Shown: positions 9,307 to 19,395, counted from the stretch's first letter. The stretch is 64,000 nt of DNA from an uncultured Pseudomonadota bacterium (GCA_902785275.1 CACZYB010000006.1:1-64000), one strand, 5' to 3'. Program-made: numbers and translations. The notes: a model not told the origin generated them from the sequence alone.

Positions 9307-11112
9307 ATGAAAACTCCAAAAGAAAATATAAGAAATTTTTCAATAGTTGCTCATATTGATCATGGTAAATCAACTTTGGCAGACAGACTTATTCAAAAAT
9401 GTGGTGCTGTAAGTGATAGAGAGATGAAAGATCAAATCCTTGATAATATGGATATTGAGCGTGAACGTGGTATTACAATTAAGTCCCAGACTTGCCGTCT
9501 TAATTATAAAGCAAAAGATGGTAAAATGTATCAACTTAATCTTATTGATACACCGGGGCATGTGGACTTTTCTTATGAAGTTTCAAGATCTCTTTCTGCA
9601 TGTGAAGGTGCATTGTTGGTTGTTGATGCTTCACAGGGTGTTGAAGCGCAAACTTTGGCAAATGTGTATAAAGCAATTGATGCGAATTTACAGATAGAAG
9701 TTGTCCTTAATAAAGTTGATTTGCCATCGGCTGAACCTGAAAGGGTGAAACAACAAATAGAAGATGTTATTGGACTTGATGCTTCACAATCACTTCTTAT
9801 TTCTGCAAAGACAGGACTTGGCGTTGATGATGTATTGGAGGCTATTGTTACAAGATTGCCTGCACCGAAAGATAATGATGATGCAAAATTAAAGGCTTTG
9901 ATTGTTGATAGCTGGTATGATATCTATCTTGGTGTTGTTATGTTAGTTCGTATTGTTGATGGTGTTATAAACAAAGGTGATGAAATAAGGATGATGTCCA
10001 ACAATGCAACTTATAAGGCTGAACAAATTGGTGTGTTTACTCCTAAGATGCAACAGGTTGATACTTTGTATTCCGGAGAAGTAGGCTATATTATAAGTGG
10101 TATTAAGCAACTTTCTGATTGTCGTGTGGGTGATACATTAACATTGGAAAAATCTCCGGCGGATGAACCTCTTCCTGGGTTTAAACCATCTGTGCCAGTT
10201 GTATTTTCATCTATATTTCCGGTTGATGCATCTGATTATCCATTACTTAAGGATGCGGTTGCAAAATTGGAACTTAATGATGCAAGTTTTGTTTACGAAA
10301 TTGAAAATTCGCCTGCACTTGGCTTTGGTTTTAGATGTGGTTTCTTGGGTCTTCTTCATATGGAAATTATTGAGGAGCGTTTGGAACGTGAATTTAACCT
10401 TGATATTATAACAACTGCACCGTCGGTTGCATATAAACTTCATCTTACAAGTGGTGAAGATATTACTTTGACTACACCTGCGGATATGCCGGAACCTTCT
10501 AAAATAAAAAGTATGGAAGAGCCTTTAGTTCGTGCTACTATTATGACTCCAGATGAGTATCTTGGTGCGATTATTAAACTTTGTACTGATAGACGTGGTA
10601 TTCAGGAAAATCTTACTTATGTCGGAACTCGAGCTATGGCTGTGTATAAGCTTCCACTTAATGAAATTGTGTTCGATTTTTATGACAGACTTAAATCTAT
10701 TAGTTCTGGATATGCAAGTTTTGATTATGAACTTTGTGAGTATCAGGAGGCTGAACTTGCAAAGGTTTCTATCCTTATAAACGAAGAACCTGTTGAGGCA
10801 TTATCATTTATTGCTCATAAGACAGAAGTTGAAAAAAGAGGTAGAGCAATTTGTGAAAAGCTTAAAACCCTTATTCCACGACATATGTTTAAAATTCCTA
10901 TACAGGCAGCTATTGGTGGAAAGGTTATTGCAAGAGAAACTATTTCTGCATACAGAAAGGATGTGCTTGCAAAATGTTATGGTGGTGACGTTTCAAGAAA
11001 GCGTAAACTTCTTGATAAACAGAAGAAGGGTAAAAAGCGTATGCGTACCTTTGGATCGGTTGAAATTCCACAAGAGGCATTTATCCAAGCCCTTAAAATT
11101 GGAGATGATTAG
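9307..11112 (+). CDS. lepA: Elongation factor 4
   Basis: [35 protein letters not shown]. Confidence 0.99.
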   Translation: MKTPKENIRNFSIVAHIDHGKSTLADRLIQKCGAVSDREMKDQILDNMDIERERGITIKSQTCRLNYKAKDGKMYQLNLIDTPGHVDFSYEVSRSLSACEGALLVVDASQGVEAQTLANVYKAIDANLQIEVVLNKVDLPSAEPERVKQQIEDVIGLDASQSLLISAKTGLGVDDVLEAIVTRLPAPKDNDDAKLKALIVDSWYDIYLGVVMLVRIVDGVINKGDEIRMMSNNATYKAEQIGVFTPKMQQVDTLYSGEVGYIISGIKQLSDCRVGDTLTLEKSPADEPLPGFKPSVPVVFSSIFPVDASDYPLLKDAVAKLELNDASFVYEIENSPALGFGFRCGFLGLLHMEIIEERLEREFNLDIITTAPSVAYKLHLTSGEDITLTTPADMPEPSKIKSMEEPLVRATIMTPDEYLGAIIKLCTDRRGIQENLTYVGTRAMAVYKLPLNEIVFDFYDRLKSISSGYASFDYELCEYQEAELAKVSILINEEPVEALSFIAHKTEVEKRGRAICEKLKTLIPRHMFKIPIQAAIGGKVIARETISAYRKDVLAKCYGGDVSRKRKLLDKQKKGKKRMRTFGSVEIPQEAFIQALKIGDD

Positions 11113-11128
11113 AACTTAGAGGTGTATT

Positions 11129-11455
11129 ATGAAAGAAGTTTTCATAGATAATTTTGAAAATGGTGATATTGTGAATTCACTAAAATATTACTATTTTGGA
11201 AAGACATATAATGTTGTTAATTCAAAAATGTCTGATACAAAAAAGGTTTTGCTTTTGAATAATATAATGAGTGAACTTTCATTGGATGTATTTCTTAGTG
11301 CAAAAGAATTACTTCCTGTAAAATCTTCAATAGAAAAGTTGATTTTTGAAAAGATAAGTAGTATAGAATTGAAAATCAAAAATAAAAAATTTAAATTGCC
11401 TTTTAGATTTGGTTTTGTTAGAAGTAAATTTTTTGATAGGCAAAAAGAGGTGTAA
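11129..11455 (+). CDS. Orphan protein
   Basis: GAGGTG RBS, 108 aa, no recognised domain. Confidence 0.65.
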   Translation: MKEVFIDNFENGDIVNSLKYYYFGKTYNVVNSKMSDTKKVLLLNNIMSELSLDVFLSAKELLPVKSSIEKLIFEKISSIELKIKNKKFKLPFRFGFVRSKFFDRQKEV

Positions 11456-11456
11456 G

Positions 11457-11753
11457 TTGAATAAAAGAGTTTTGAATAATATAGAGAAGGGTAGAGAGTG
11501 TATAGAATTTTATTTTGATGAAATTGAAAGTATTCGTTCAAAGAAGTTTGTTTCTTCTGCAAAGATTTATGATAGTTTTTTTAAACTTTCTTTAAAATGG
11601 TTGAATGATGATAAAAGATGTTTTTTGTCTGCTACATTTGATGCTTATATAAGTGAAGTTCTTTATAATGAATTGGAAAAATATAAGCCTGTACCATTCA
11701 AAGATAAGATTAGAAAGCTTGTAAAAAGAATAAAAATAGATAATGAAAGATAA
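11457..11753 (+). CDS. Orphan protein (TTG start)
   Basis: GAGGTG RBS overlapping the end of the previous gene; ends ...KRIKIDNER. Confidence 0.6.
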   Translation: MNKRVLNNIEKGRECIEFYFDEIESIRSKKFVSSAKIYDSFFKLSLKWLNDDKRCFLSATFDAYISEVLYNELEKYKPVPFKDKIRKLVKRIKIDNER

Positions 11754-11810
11754 TTTTTGTTCGTAAAATCAGTATATTAAGTATTTTATACAAAATTTAT
11801 ACAAAATTAC

Positions 11811-11838
11811 TTGACATTCGAATATATTTTGTTAAAAT
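11811..11838 (+). promoter_or_regulatory. sigma70-like promoter
   Basis: TTGACA-16nt-TAAAAT with extended TG; TATACAAAAT direct repeat immediately upstream. Confidence 0.6.
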
Positions 11839-11916
11839 TCAAAATATGTGGTAGGTGTGTGGATTCTATAATTGTATCTATACAATATTGTTAACAAAGA
11901 AACATGAGGTAAGAAA

Positions 11917-12279
11917 ATGTATTTTGGTGGATTTAATGTAGTAGATTATGATGAAGCTTTATTTAGAAAAGAAATAAAAAGACTTTATGATATTGAAAGC
12001 TTTTCAAGCATTACTTTGTACAAAAGTATTTTAGGTCTTTATGGTAAAACAAAAAAACAATTATTTACTGATGGTGAATTTGTTTCTTGTGCTGGATTTA
12101 AAATGAATGATACTCAAGTTGATTCTGCAATCAATGTTATGAAACGTCTTGAAGTTGAATATTTCTGTAATAAAAGTTCAGAATATAGAAATAGACAAGG
12201 TGATAAGGTTACTTATAAGGTTCTTCATCACAAAGAATTGAATGTCATTAACCAAGCTTTGAAACAAAACATTCGATAA
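11917..12279 (+). CDS. Orphan, divergent member of a three-gene family
   Basis: YDEALFRKEIK...KKQLFTDGEFVSCAGFKMNDTQVDSAI aligns by eye with the two downstream paralogs. Confidence 0.75.
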   Translation: MYFGGFNVVDYDEALFRKEIKRLYDIESFSSITLYKSILGLYGKTKKQLFTDGEFVSCAGFKMNDTQVDSAINVMKRLEVEYFCNKSSEYRNRQGDKVTYKVLHHKELNVINQALKQNIR

Positions 12280-12306
12280 TAAATTTTATTGTTATTGTTT
12301 AATTTC

Positions 12307-12334
12307 ATCCCTGCCTGTTGGTGGGGATTTTTTT
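12307..12334 (+). terminator. Conserved hairpin family copy 2
   Basis: ATCCCTGCC-TGTT-GGTGGGGAT plus T tract. Confidence 0.8.
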
Positions 12335-12442
12335 ATTAAACTTTTTTAAGACTTATTGACTATATTTCTATTATTTGCTATATTCCTATGATATGGTTAA
12401 AAAAAAGAATCTATTTAAAATTAATAAATTATGAGGAATAAA

Positions 12443-12760
12443 ATGCAAATGTTAGATGCTGATAGAATGCTTATGGTTGATTTTTATAATGGGGCTCCTA
12501 AAAAATTTAATGAAAAGGATTTTTTGGAGGCAGTAAAGGTAACTCGTGATTTTTCTATGAATTTTAATAATTTAGCAAATAGAAAGAAAACAACTCTTCC
12601 TGATGGTAGAAAAGTTTTGGTAATTTTAGGTTTTGAGATAAAAGATTCAGATTGGAGAAAGGCTGTTGATATTTATAATTCAATTTATTTTTCAAGACAA
12701 TCTCAGTATCAAAAGATATTAAGAGAGATTGTTAAAGAAGAAAGAGCTAAGGCTAAATAA
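12443..12760 (+). CDS. Orphan paralog A
   Basis: DFYNGAPKKFNEKDFLEAVK...LGFEIKDSDWRKAV; start at MQML behind GAGG. Confidence 0.8.
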   Translation: MQMLDADRMLMVDFYNGAPKKFNEKDFLEAVKVTRDFSMNFNNLANRKKTTLPDGRKVLVILGFEIKDSDWRKAVDIYNSIYFSRQSQYQKILREIVKEERAKAK

Positions 12761-12778
12761 TTTATGAAAATTTCTTGG

Positions 12779-12810
12779 AATTCCCTGTCTATTGATGGGG
12801 AATTTTTTTT
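12779..12810 (+). terminator. Conserved hairpin family copy 3
   Basis: AATTCCCTGTC-TATT-GATGGGGAATT plus T tract. Confidence 0.8.
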
Positions 12811-12856
12811 ATTAAAACATTTGCTTTTATTTTTTTTTGGCTTTACCTTAATAATG

Positions 12857-12885
12857 TTGACAATATTACTATTTTTTGTTAAAAT
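12857..12885 (+). promoter_or_regulatory. sigma70-like promoter
   Basis: TTGACA-17nt-TAAAAT. Confidence 0.6.
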
Positions 12886-12942
12886 ATAGGTGTGGGTTTG
12901 AAAAAATCTATGGGTTAATTACTAAACAGTGAGGTGTGCAAA

Positions 12943-13254
12943 ATGCAAATATTAAATTTTGGTAATTCTAAGAAAAAAACTATATCTGATTTTTATAAGA
13001 ATGCTCCAAAGAAATTTAATGAAAAAGATTTTTTAGAAGCTGTGAAATTAACTTATTTTATTTCTATAAATTTTAATAATTTGATAAATAAGAAAAAAAC
13101 AAAACTTCCTAATGGTAAAGAAGTTTTGTTGGTCTTGGGGTTTGATATTAAAGATTCTGATTGGGAAAAAGCTGTTACTATTTTTAATAGTGTTCTTGAT
13201 GCAAGGAAAGCTGAATTTGATATAATTAGAAAACAAATTGAACAATCAAGATAA
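12943..13254 (+). CDS. Orphan paralog B
   Basis: DFYKNAPKKFNEKDFLEAVK...LGFDIKDSDWEKAV; start at MQIL behind GAGGTG. Confidence 0.8.
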   Translation: MQILNFGNSKKKTISDFYKNAPKKFNEKDFLEAVKLTYFISINFNNLINKKKTKLPNGKEVLLVLGFDIKDSDWEKAVTIFNSVLDARKAEFDIIRKQIEQSR

Positions 13255-13277
13255 AAATTTTACTTTTGAAAAAAAAC

Positions 13278-13303
13278 TCCCTGCCTATTGGTGGGGATTT
13301 TTT
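13278..13303 (+). terminator. Conserved hairpin family copy 4
   Basis: TCCCTGCC-TATT-GGTGGGGA plus T6. Confidence 0.8.
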
Positions 13304-13421
13304 ATAAAATTAAAGCAAGTGTTTGAATTTTAAAAAATTATCAAATAATTCTTGCAAATTCATAAAGATATTCTATAATTTATACTAGTTTAACAATAAA
13401 ATCGTAAATAGGAGTTTTAAA

Positions 13422-14189
13422 ATGGACAATTTATCTGCAAATCTTCGCGTTATAATTACTGCATGTCAAAAAGTTTCAAGGTTTATGTTAAGGGATTTCG
13501 GAGAAATTGAACAACTCCAATCTTCAATCAATGGGGCGGAAAATTTTGCCTCTGCATCAAAAACAAAAATCGAAAAAATTTTAGTTGAAAACCTTTTGGA
13601 AGCTCGTCCAAAGTATGGTATTCTTTCTGAAACACAGGAAATAAAGGGAACAGATATTTCTCACAGATTTATTATTAATGTTACTGATGGTTTTGAAAAT
13701 TATGTTCATGGTCTTCCATTTTTCACAATTTCCGTTGCAATTCAGGAACAAAAAAATCTTGTTGCAGCTGTGATTTATAATCCTGTACTTGATAAAATGT
13801 ATTACGCAGAAAAGGGTGAGGGTGCATTTATTTCTGAATCAAGAATGGTTCGCAGAATTCGTATTTCACCAAAACGTGATCTTTTCAATTCTGTGATTTC
13901 CGAAGCTGGACAATTTAAACATTTTTCATCTGCAAGAATTTTAAATTTTGGTTCAGTTGGTCTTTCATTAGGTTATGTTGCATCTGGTATGGTTGATGCA
14001 TTTGTTGGATTTGAAAGAAATGTTTTTGATTTGGCAGCTGGTCTTTTGATTGTAAAAGAAGCTGGTGGCATTATTCGTGCCTTTGATAAAGATGGTAAAG
14101 ATACCGAAGAAATTTTTGGTGCGAATATGGTTGTTTGTGGAAATAGTTATTTACAATCTGAAATTAAAGGTTGTATAATGAAAAAATAG
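13422..14189 (+). CDS. suhB: Inositol monophosphatase family protein SuhB (degenerate motif)
   Basis: RDFGEIEQLQ, NYVHGLPFFTISVA, IYNPVLDKMYYAEKGEGAF, DLAAGLLIVKEAGG. Confidence 0.85.
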   Translation: MDNLSANLRVIITACQKVSRFMLRDFGEIEQLQSSINGAENFASASKTKIEKILVENLLEARPKYGILSETQEIKGTDISHRFIINVTDGFENYVHGLPFFTISVAIQEQKNLVAAVIYNPVLDKMYYAEKGEGAFISESRMVRRIRISPKRDLFNSVISEAGQFKHFSSARILNFGSVGLSLGYVASGMVDAFVGFERNVFDLAAGLLIVKEAGGIIRAFDKDGKDTEEIFGANMVVCGNSYLQSEIKGCIMKK

Positions 14190-14208
14190 ATACAAAGGAG
14201 AGTTTATT

Positions 14209-15174
14209 ATGAAAAAATTTTTATTGTTTTTAGGTGCTGTTATTTCATCCGTTACACCGGCATTTGCAAAGGATGAAAAAAAATCAAACAAAAGTTTGAA
14301 TTTTGAACTTATGGAACCAGTTAATCTTAGAAATCCTCAAAAATTGAATTGGGGATTGGAAGCTGGTGGCCCAAAGTATACAGTTTATAAAGTTTCAAAA
14401 CCAAAGGTTATTGTTGAAGAAGAAAATGTTGTGATTGTTCCGGTTGTAAGTGAGACTGTTGTTACTCCTGTTAAGGAAGAAAAAGTTGTTGAAATTAAAC
14501 CAGAACCTGTATCTGAAGTAAAGCCTGTTGAAAAAAAGAAAGAAGTTGTTTCTGAAGAAAAAACTGTTACAGAAGATAAAAAAGAAGTTCCATCTGTAAA
14601 AGAAGAAGTGAAGGAAAATCCTGTTGTTAATATTCCTGCTGAATCTTTGGAATTAAAAGAAAAGGCTCCTGTTGTAGAAGAAAAGAAAGAAGAAATTTCA
14701 CAGACAGATAAAAATATTGATGAAGCAAAAAAACTTTTACAAGTAGCAGAAAGACTTGCAAATTCAGTTATCGAAGAAAATGAGGAATCTAAAGTTACCC
14801 CTTCAAAGGAAAAAGTTGAAGAAGTTAAAAAAGAAGTAAAGGTAGAAAAGAAAGTTCCTGTTGTTACAGATGCTGAACATCCAAGATTTGTTATGAAGTT
14901 TGTTTCAACTGCAGAAAACTTGAAAAAAGCAGATGAAAAGAAAATGGCTGATTTAGTTCCTGCTTTGAAATCAAATGAAGATGTTACTGTTAAAATTATT
15001 TCTTATTATTCATCAAAATCTGGTCGAAATGTTGCTTTCTCAAGATTACTTAATGCAAGATCAGTTTTGCTTGAAAAAGATGTACCAACATCTCAAATTA
15101 TGATTATGGTTTTAGAAGACGAAGACGCAAATACTCCTAAGGCTGATACTGTTGAAGTATTTGTTGTTCGTTAA
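14209..15174 (+). CDS. Secreted protein with Glu/Lys/Val/Pro-rich stalk and probable OmpA-C-like domain
   Basis: Signal peptide ending PAFA; low-complexity middle; C-terminal pattern VKIISYY...RNVAFSRLLNARSVLLEKDV. Confidence 0.6.
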   Translation: MKKFLLFLGAVISSVTPAFAKDEKKSNKSLNFELMEPVNLRNPQKLNWGLEAGGPKYTVYKVSKPKVIVEEENVVIVPVVSETVVTPVKEEKVVEIKPEPVSEVKPVEKKKEVVSEEKTVTEDKKEVPSVKEEVKENPVVNIPAESLELKEKAPVVEEKKEEISQTDKNIDEAKKLLQVAERLANSVIEENEESKVTPSKEKVEEVKKEVKVEKKVPVVTDAEHPRFVMKFVSTAENLKKADEKKMADLVPALKSNEDVTVKIISYYSSKSGRNVAFSRLLNARSVLLEKDVPTSQIMIMVLEDEDANTPKADTVEVFVVR

Positions 15175-15195
15175 GATTTAAGAAAGGAAATTTAA

Positions 15196-16173
15196 ATGAC
15201 TAATGAAGAAATTTTACCATTATTAAAAAGCGTTTTAAAACAAGAAACTGATGCTATTGCTCAGTTGGAAAAAACTTTCCCAATAGAATCATTTGTTAAG
15301 GTTGTAAATTATATTACAAATGAACTTACAGGAAAGATTGTTGTTACTGGTCTTGGAAAGTCTGGTGATGTTGGTAAAAGATTGGCAAATACTTTGACTT
15401 CTACTGGTACTCGCTCTGTTTATCTTCATTGTGTAGAAGCATCACATGGTGATATGGGTATTATTGCGGATGATGATTTGGTTATTGCTATTTCCAATTC
15501 TGGTGAAACAAAGGAAATGAGTGATGTTATCAATTATACTCGTCGTTTTGGTATTAAATTGGTTGCAATTTGTGCAAATCCAAAAAGTATGCTTGGTTCT
15601 CATGCTGATATTAATTTGACTATTCCTGATTTGCCAGAAGCATGTTTGATTGGAAAGGCTCCTACTACATCAATTATTCTTTTGACTACTATGGCAAATC
15701 TTTTGATTGTTGCATTGGAAAAGGCAAAAGATTTTACATCTGATATGTATAAAAACTGGCATCCACATGGAAAGCTTGGTGCTTCTCTTTTAAAGGTTGC
15801 TGAACTTATGCATGTTGGCGATGAAGTTCCTGTTGTTAACGAAAATGCTTCTATGACAGAAGTTTTCGATGTTATGAGTAAGAAGGTTCGTTTTGGTTGT
15901 GTTGGCGTTGTTGATAATGATGGCCGACTTGTTGGTATCTTCACTGATGGTGATATTAGAAGAAGACTTTCTGAAGGTGTCAACCTTATGACTAAGAAGG
16001 TTTCTGAGGTTATGGGTAAATCACCAAGAACCGTTCCTTCAAACAGTTTGGCTGCTGCTGCATTGTTGAAAATTAATGAAAACAAAATTCAGGTTTTATT
16101 TGTTGTTGATAATGATAATAAACCTGTTGGTATTATTGGTTTCCACGACTTATTAAAAGCGGGATTGGTTTAA
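15196..16173 (+). CDS. kdsD: Arabinose-5-phosphate isomerase KdsD/KpsF
   Basis: TGLGKSG, EASHGDMG, ISNSGET, APTTS, HPHGKLG, tandem CBS domains. Confidence 0.93.
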   Translation: MTNEEILPLLKSVLKQETDAIAQLEKTFPIESFVKVVNYITNELTGKIVVTGLGKSGDVGKRLANTLTSTGTRSVYLHCVEASHGDMGIIADDDLVIAISNSGETKEMSDVINYTRRFGIKLVAICANPKSMLGSHADINLTIPDLPEACLIGKAPTTSIILLTTMANLLIVALEKAKDFTSDMYKNWHPHGKLGASLLKVAELMHVGDEVPVVNENASMTEVFDVMSKKVRFGCVGVVDNDGRLVGIFTDGDIRRRLSEGVNLMTKKVSEVMGKSPRTVPSNSLAAAALLKINENKIQVLFVVDNDNKPVGIIGFHDLLKAGLV

Positions 16174-16830
16174 TTGACTTTTTTACGAAGAATAAAAGCT
16201 TATAAACGTGCTGTGCGAGGTTTGTATCGAAAGATGACTTTGCACAGTCGTGTTGTTTTTCTTTTGAAAATAGCTCTTCCAAGTTTGATTGCTCTTTTTT
16301 TGGGAATGGTTGTTTTGGTTCCTGTGATTGATGACAAGATAAAGACTATAAAAATTTCTATGCCAAGTTTGGAAAGTACAGATAAAATCTCGTTTAATAT
16401 GGATAATGGTGATTTTTATGGGCAGGGGGATGATGGTTCTTTGTTTTCTGTAAATATTTCTAATTTCAAAGAAGATAAAGAAAAAGAAGTTATGACTTTT
16501 ACCAAAATTAAGGGAAAAGTATTTTTAAAGGATGGTGGTTGGATTGATATTTCAACCGATGATGGAAACTATAAAAGAACAAAAGATTTGTTTTCTATGC
16601 GTGGAAATATCTTTTTGTTTGATGATGAAGATAATAGACTTTATACAGATAAGGCAGATGTTGATTTAAAAAATATGACCATTTCTGGGGATGAAAAAAT
16701 TCGCGCGGTTACAAGCTTTGGTGAAATAGAAAGCGAAGGTTTCCTTTTCAAAAAGAATGATGTATACCAATTCCTTGGTAAGGTAAAAGGAAATATTGAT
16801 ACATCAAAAATCGAAAAATCAAAATATTAA
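16174..16830 (+). CDS. lptC: LPS export protein LptC-like
   Basis: HSRVVFLLKIALP N-terminal anchor, beta-rich periplasmic domain, follows kdsD as in other Alphaproteobacteria. Confidence 0.75.
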   Translation: MTFLRRIKAYKRAVRGLYRKMTLHSRVVFLLKIALPSLIALFLGMVVLVPVIDDKIKTIKISMPSLESTDKISFNMDNGDFYGQGDDGSLFSVNISNFKEDKEKEVMTFTKIKGKVFLKDGGWIDISTDDGNYKRTKDLFSMRGNIFLFDDEDNRLYTDKADVDLKNMTISGDEKIRAVTSFGEIESEGFLFKKNDVYQFLGKVKGNIDTSKIEKSKY

Positions 16831-16831
16831 T

Positions 16832-18421
16832 TTATACTGATTTGTTTACGATAACAGAAAGTTGGCGACCTTCATCTGTTGGAGTGTTGTTTGCATAATC
16901 TTTTGTTATTACGCTTCTTCTGTAACTGAAGAATAAATCATCGTTTGTGTATGTATCGAATGGAAGAATTTCGATATTTTTTACACCTTCTTGTTGTAAT
17001 TTTAGTTTACAGTATCCAGAGCAATCAAAAAGAAACTTATTACCGTATGCAACGAAAAGTTTTTCAAATTCTTTGTTTTGTGCTGTAATCTTTTCCACGA
17101 AATCTTTATCTACTTCGTATGATTTTTGTTTAAGGCATGGGCCAAGGGCGACCTTTATATCATCAAGGTTTGAACCCAATGAAAGCATACGTTCGATGGT
17201 TGTGTGAACTATATCTTTGTATATACCTTGCCAACCGCAATGTATTGCTCCGATAATTTCTTTTTTTTCATCAGAAATTAGAAGAGGAACACAATCAGCG
17301 GTAAGTATACCAACGGCTAAATCTTTTTGATTTGTGATTATTCCATCAGCTTCTATTTCTAAATATTTTTCTGTATTTTCTACAGGGGTATTTATGAATA
17401 TTACATTATTTGTGTGTTTTTGGTTTACGGTTACAAGTGATGTTTCAGAATTTAAAGCAAGTGTTTGAATTAATCTTTTTCTGTTTTCTTTTACATTTTC
17501 TTTTGTATCAGATGTTTCAAATTTGCAATTTGCAGAGGCAAAAACACCGGTTGATACACCGTTCTGTCTTGTGAAAAAACGTGTTTTTATTTTTTCGGTA
17601 TCAAGAAAAGGTGATGATGTGTATTGTTCGATAATTTCTTTTTTTCTTAAAAAGTATATTATTGCGATTATGGATGAAAGAATCATTGGGATTGTTAAAA
17701 GTTGTCCCATAGTTATACCAAATTTTAAAAAGCCAATTTGAGCATCTGGTTCGCGGAAGTTTTCAATAGAAATTCTTGCTATTGCATATCCTCCAATAAA
17801 TGCAAATGAGATTATTCCAGGGCGTTTTTTTATAGCCTTTACTTTATTTATTGCAAAAAGGAAAATGAATAATAAAAGACCTTCGGTTAATGCTTCGTAA
17901 ATTTGACTTGGGTGACGTGGAAGACCGTCAGAGTTAGGAAATACCATACCTATTTTTGATGTGGTTACACGTCCGTAAAGTTCTCCGTTTACAAAGTTTG
18001 CAAGGCGACCTAAAAACAAACCTATTGGTGTAGCCATAGCAATTTTATCTGTAAGTTGAAATACAGATTTTTTGTGAACCTTGCACCACAAAAGTATACT
18101 TATGATACAGCCGATAAGTCCGCCATGGAAAGACATACCACCTTCCCATATTTTGATGATATGTATTGGGTTGTAGATGTAGTATGAAAAGTTATAAAAT
18201 AGAACGTAACCCAATCTTCCGCCAAGTATTACGCCAATAACTCCGTTGGTAAACAAGTCATCAAGTTCAGTGTAAGATATTTGATTATTTGTACTGGAAC
18301 GGAGTAAATATTTTATATAGTAAAATGCAAAAATGAATCCGAATATATATGCCAATGCATACCAACGTATATCGAAACCTAAAATTGATATTGCAACGGG
18401 TGATATATTTGGAAACTTCAT
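16832..18421 (-). CDS. lgt: Fusion of prolipoprotein diacylglyceryl transferase Lgt and PgeF/YfiH (polyphenol oxidase family)
   Basis: Lgt motifs IRWYALAY, GGRLGYVLFY, GGMSFHGG, GRLANFVNGELYGR, RHPSQIYEA, then in frame FFTRQNGVS, QKH, ADG, TADCVP, HCGWQG, FFSYRR, GRQLSVI. Confidence 0.92.
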   Translation of the reverse strand: MKFPNISPVAISILGFDIRWYALAYIFGFIFAFYYIKYLLRSSTNNQISYTELDDLFTNGVIGVILGGRLGYVLFYNFSYYIYNPIHIIKIWEGGMSFHGGLIGCIISILLWCKVHKKSVFQLTDKIAMATPIGLFLGRLANFVNGELYGRVTTSKIGMVFPNSDGLPRHPSQIYEALTEGLLLFIFLFAINKVKAIKKRPGIISFAFIGGYAIARISIENFREPDAQIGFLKFGITMGQLLTIPMILSSIIAIIYFLRKKEIIEQYTSSPFLDTEKIKTRFFTRQNGVSTGVFASANCKFETSDTKENVKENRKRLIQTLALNSETSLVTVNQKHTNNVIFINTPVENTEKYLEIEADGIITNQKDLAVGILTADCVPLLISDEKKEIIGAIHCGWQGIYKDIVHTTIERMLSLGSNLDDIKVALGPCLKQKSYEVDKDFVEKITAQNKEFEKLFVAYGNKFLFDCSGYCKLKLQQEGVKNIEILPFDTYTNDDLFFSYRRSVITKDYANNTPTDEGRQLSVIVNKSV

Positions 18422-18423
18422 TT

Positions 18424-19395
18424 TTATTTCTCCTTTGGTGTTACAAGATTTTTATAAATTTGTTTTGTGTTTTGATAAGTAGAACCAATTATTAATGCAC
18501 TAAATAATATTACAGGGTAAAAACCAGAAAGTATACCGATTATTGTTGTTTGTGCGAATAATGCAAAAATGCAAAGCTCCTTAATCAATAAAAATTCTTC
18601 TTCATTTTTTTGCATAAAGAAGAATAGGCTTGAAAGAAGTATGAAGAAGTAAAGTAAGCTTAATGCGATTTGTGATTCTGTGAAAAAGAAAAACAAAAGT
18701 CCGGAAAGAGAGAATGTAATCAAACTTTTTTCAAGGAACAATATTCCTGAAAATGTTCTTGGCTTTTTAAATAAGATTTTTTTGTTCCTTAAAAAGTTTA
18801 TTGAAAGGAATGTTAAAACCATTGCGTTTATTGTTATTGCTAATGAAAACTCAAACATAGTGAATAAGTCAAGCTTTCCGGAAATGCCGGTTCCCAAAAA
18901 CTTTGGATAAAAGAAAATTACAAATGTTAATGAAAGTAGGACAAGGTTTATTATTCCAGTGTATTTTGCAAAAAATGTTGTTGAACTTTCGATTATTTTT
19001 GTAAACTTTTTCTTTTTAAAAGAAATTAATGTCCAAATTATAAAAGCAAAAACAAGGAGCATATTAAATTTATCCATTACAGAAAGAAGATGTGTGTTAC
19101 AATCAATGCTTTCTTTATTTATACTTGGAACTTCAGTATATGTGGAAACACCGGTTGATTTAGTTTCTTCGGTTGCAGATAAAGAATTTTCTTTTTCTGG
19201 TTCCTGAACATTTTCACGTTGAAGTTCTGAGGTTATATTTTCGCTATCAGAAGTGATTGCAGAAGAATCAGTAACAGTATTATTTTCTGTTTCTTCGGTG
19301 TTTAAATTTTCATTTTGATTTTCGGTATTTGAATTTGTTTGATTATCATCATTTTCAACGAAATCTACTGTATAAAATGGATTATCTTCAATCAT
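18424..19395 (-). CDS. Multi-TM membrane protein with acidic disordered N-terminus
   Basis: ~95 aa Asn/Glu/Thr-rich N-terminus followed by ~7 hydrophobic segments. Confidence 0.7.
   Translation of the reverse strand: MIEDNPFYTVDFVENDDNQTNSNTENQNENLNTEETENNTVTDSSAITSDSENITSELQRENVQEPEKENSLSATEETKSTGVSTYTEVPSINKESIDCNTHLLSVMDKFNMLLVFAFIIWTLISFKKKKFTKIIESSTTFFAKYTGIINLVLLSLTFVIFFYPKFLGTGISGKLDLFTMFEFSLAITINAMVLTFLSINFLRNKKILFKKPRTFSGILFLEKSLITFSLSGLLFFFFTESQIALSLLYFFILLSSLFFFMQKNEEEFLLIKELCIFALFAQTTIIGILSGFYPVILFSALIIGSTYQNTKQIYKNLVTPKEK

Noticed and set aside
11800-13303. Integron cassette array or CRISPR
   Set aside because: Hairpins are ~20-25 nt terminators lacking attC RYYYAAC/GTTRRRY ends; each gene has its own promoter; no integrase, cas gene or short regular spacers
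15600-16085. Longer antisense ORFs (also 4682-5152, 2674-3000, 34227-34565, 11191-11562)
   Set aside because: Antisense to well-supported genes; typical codon-bias shadows
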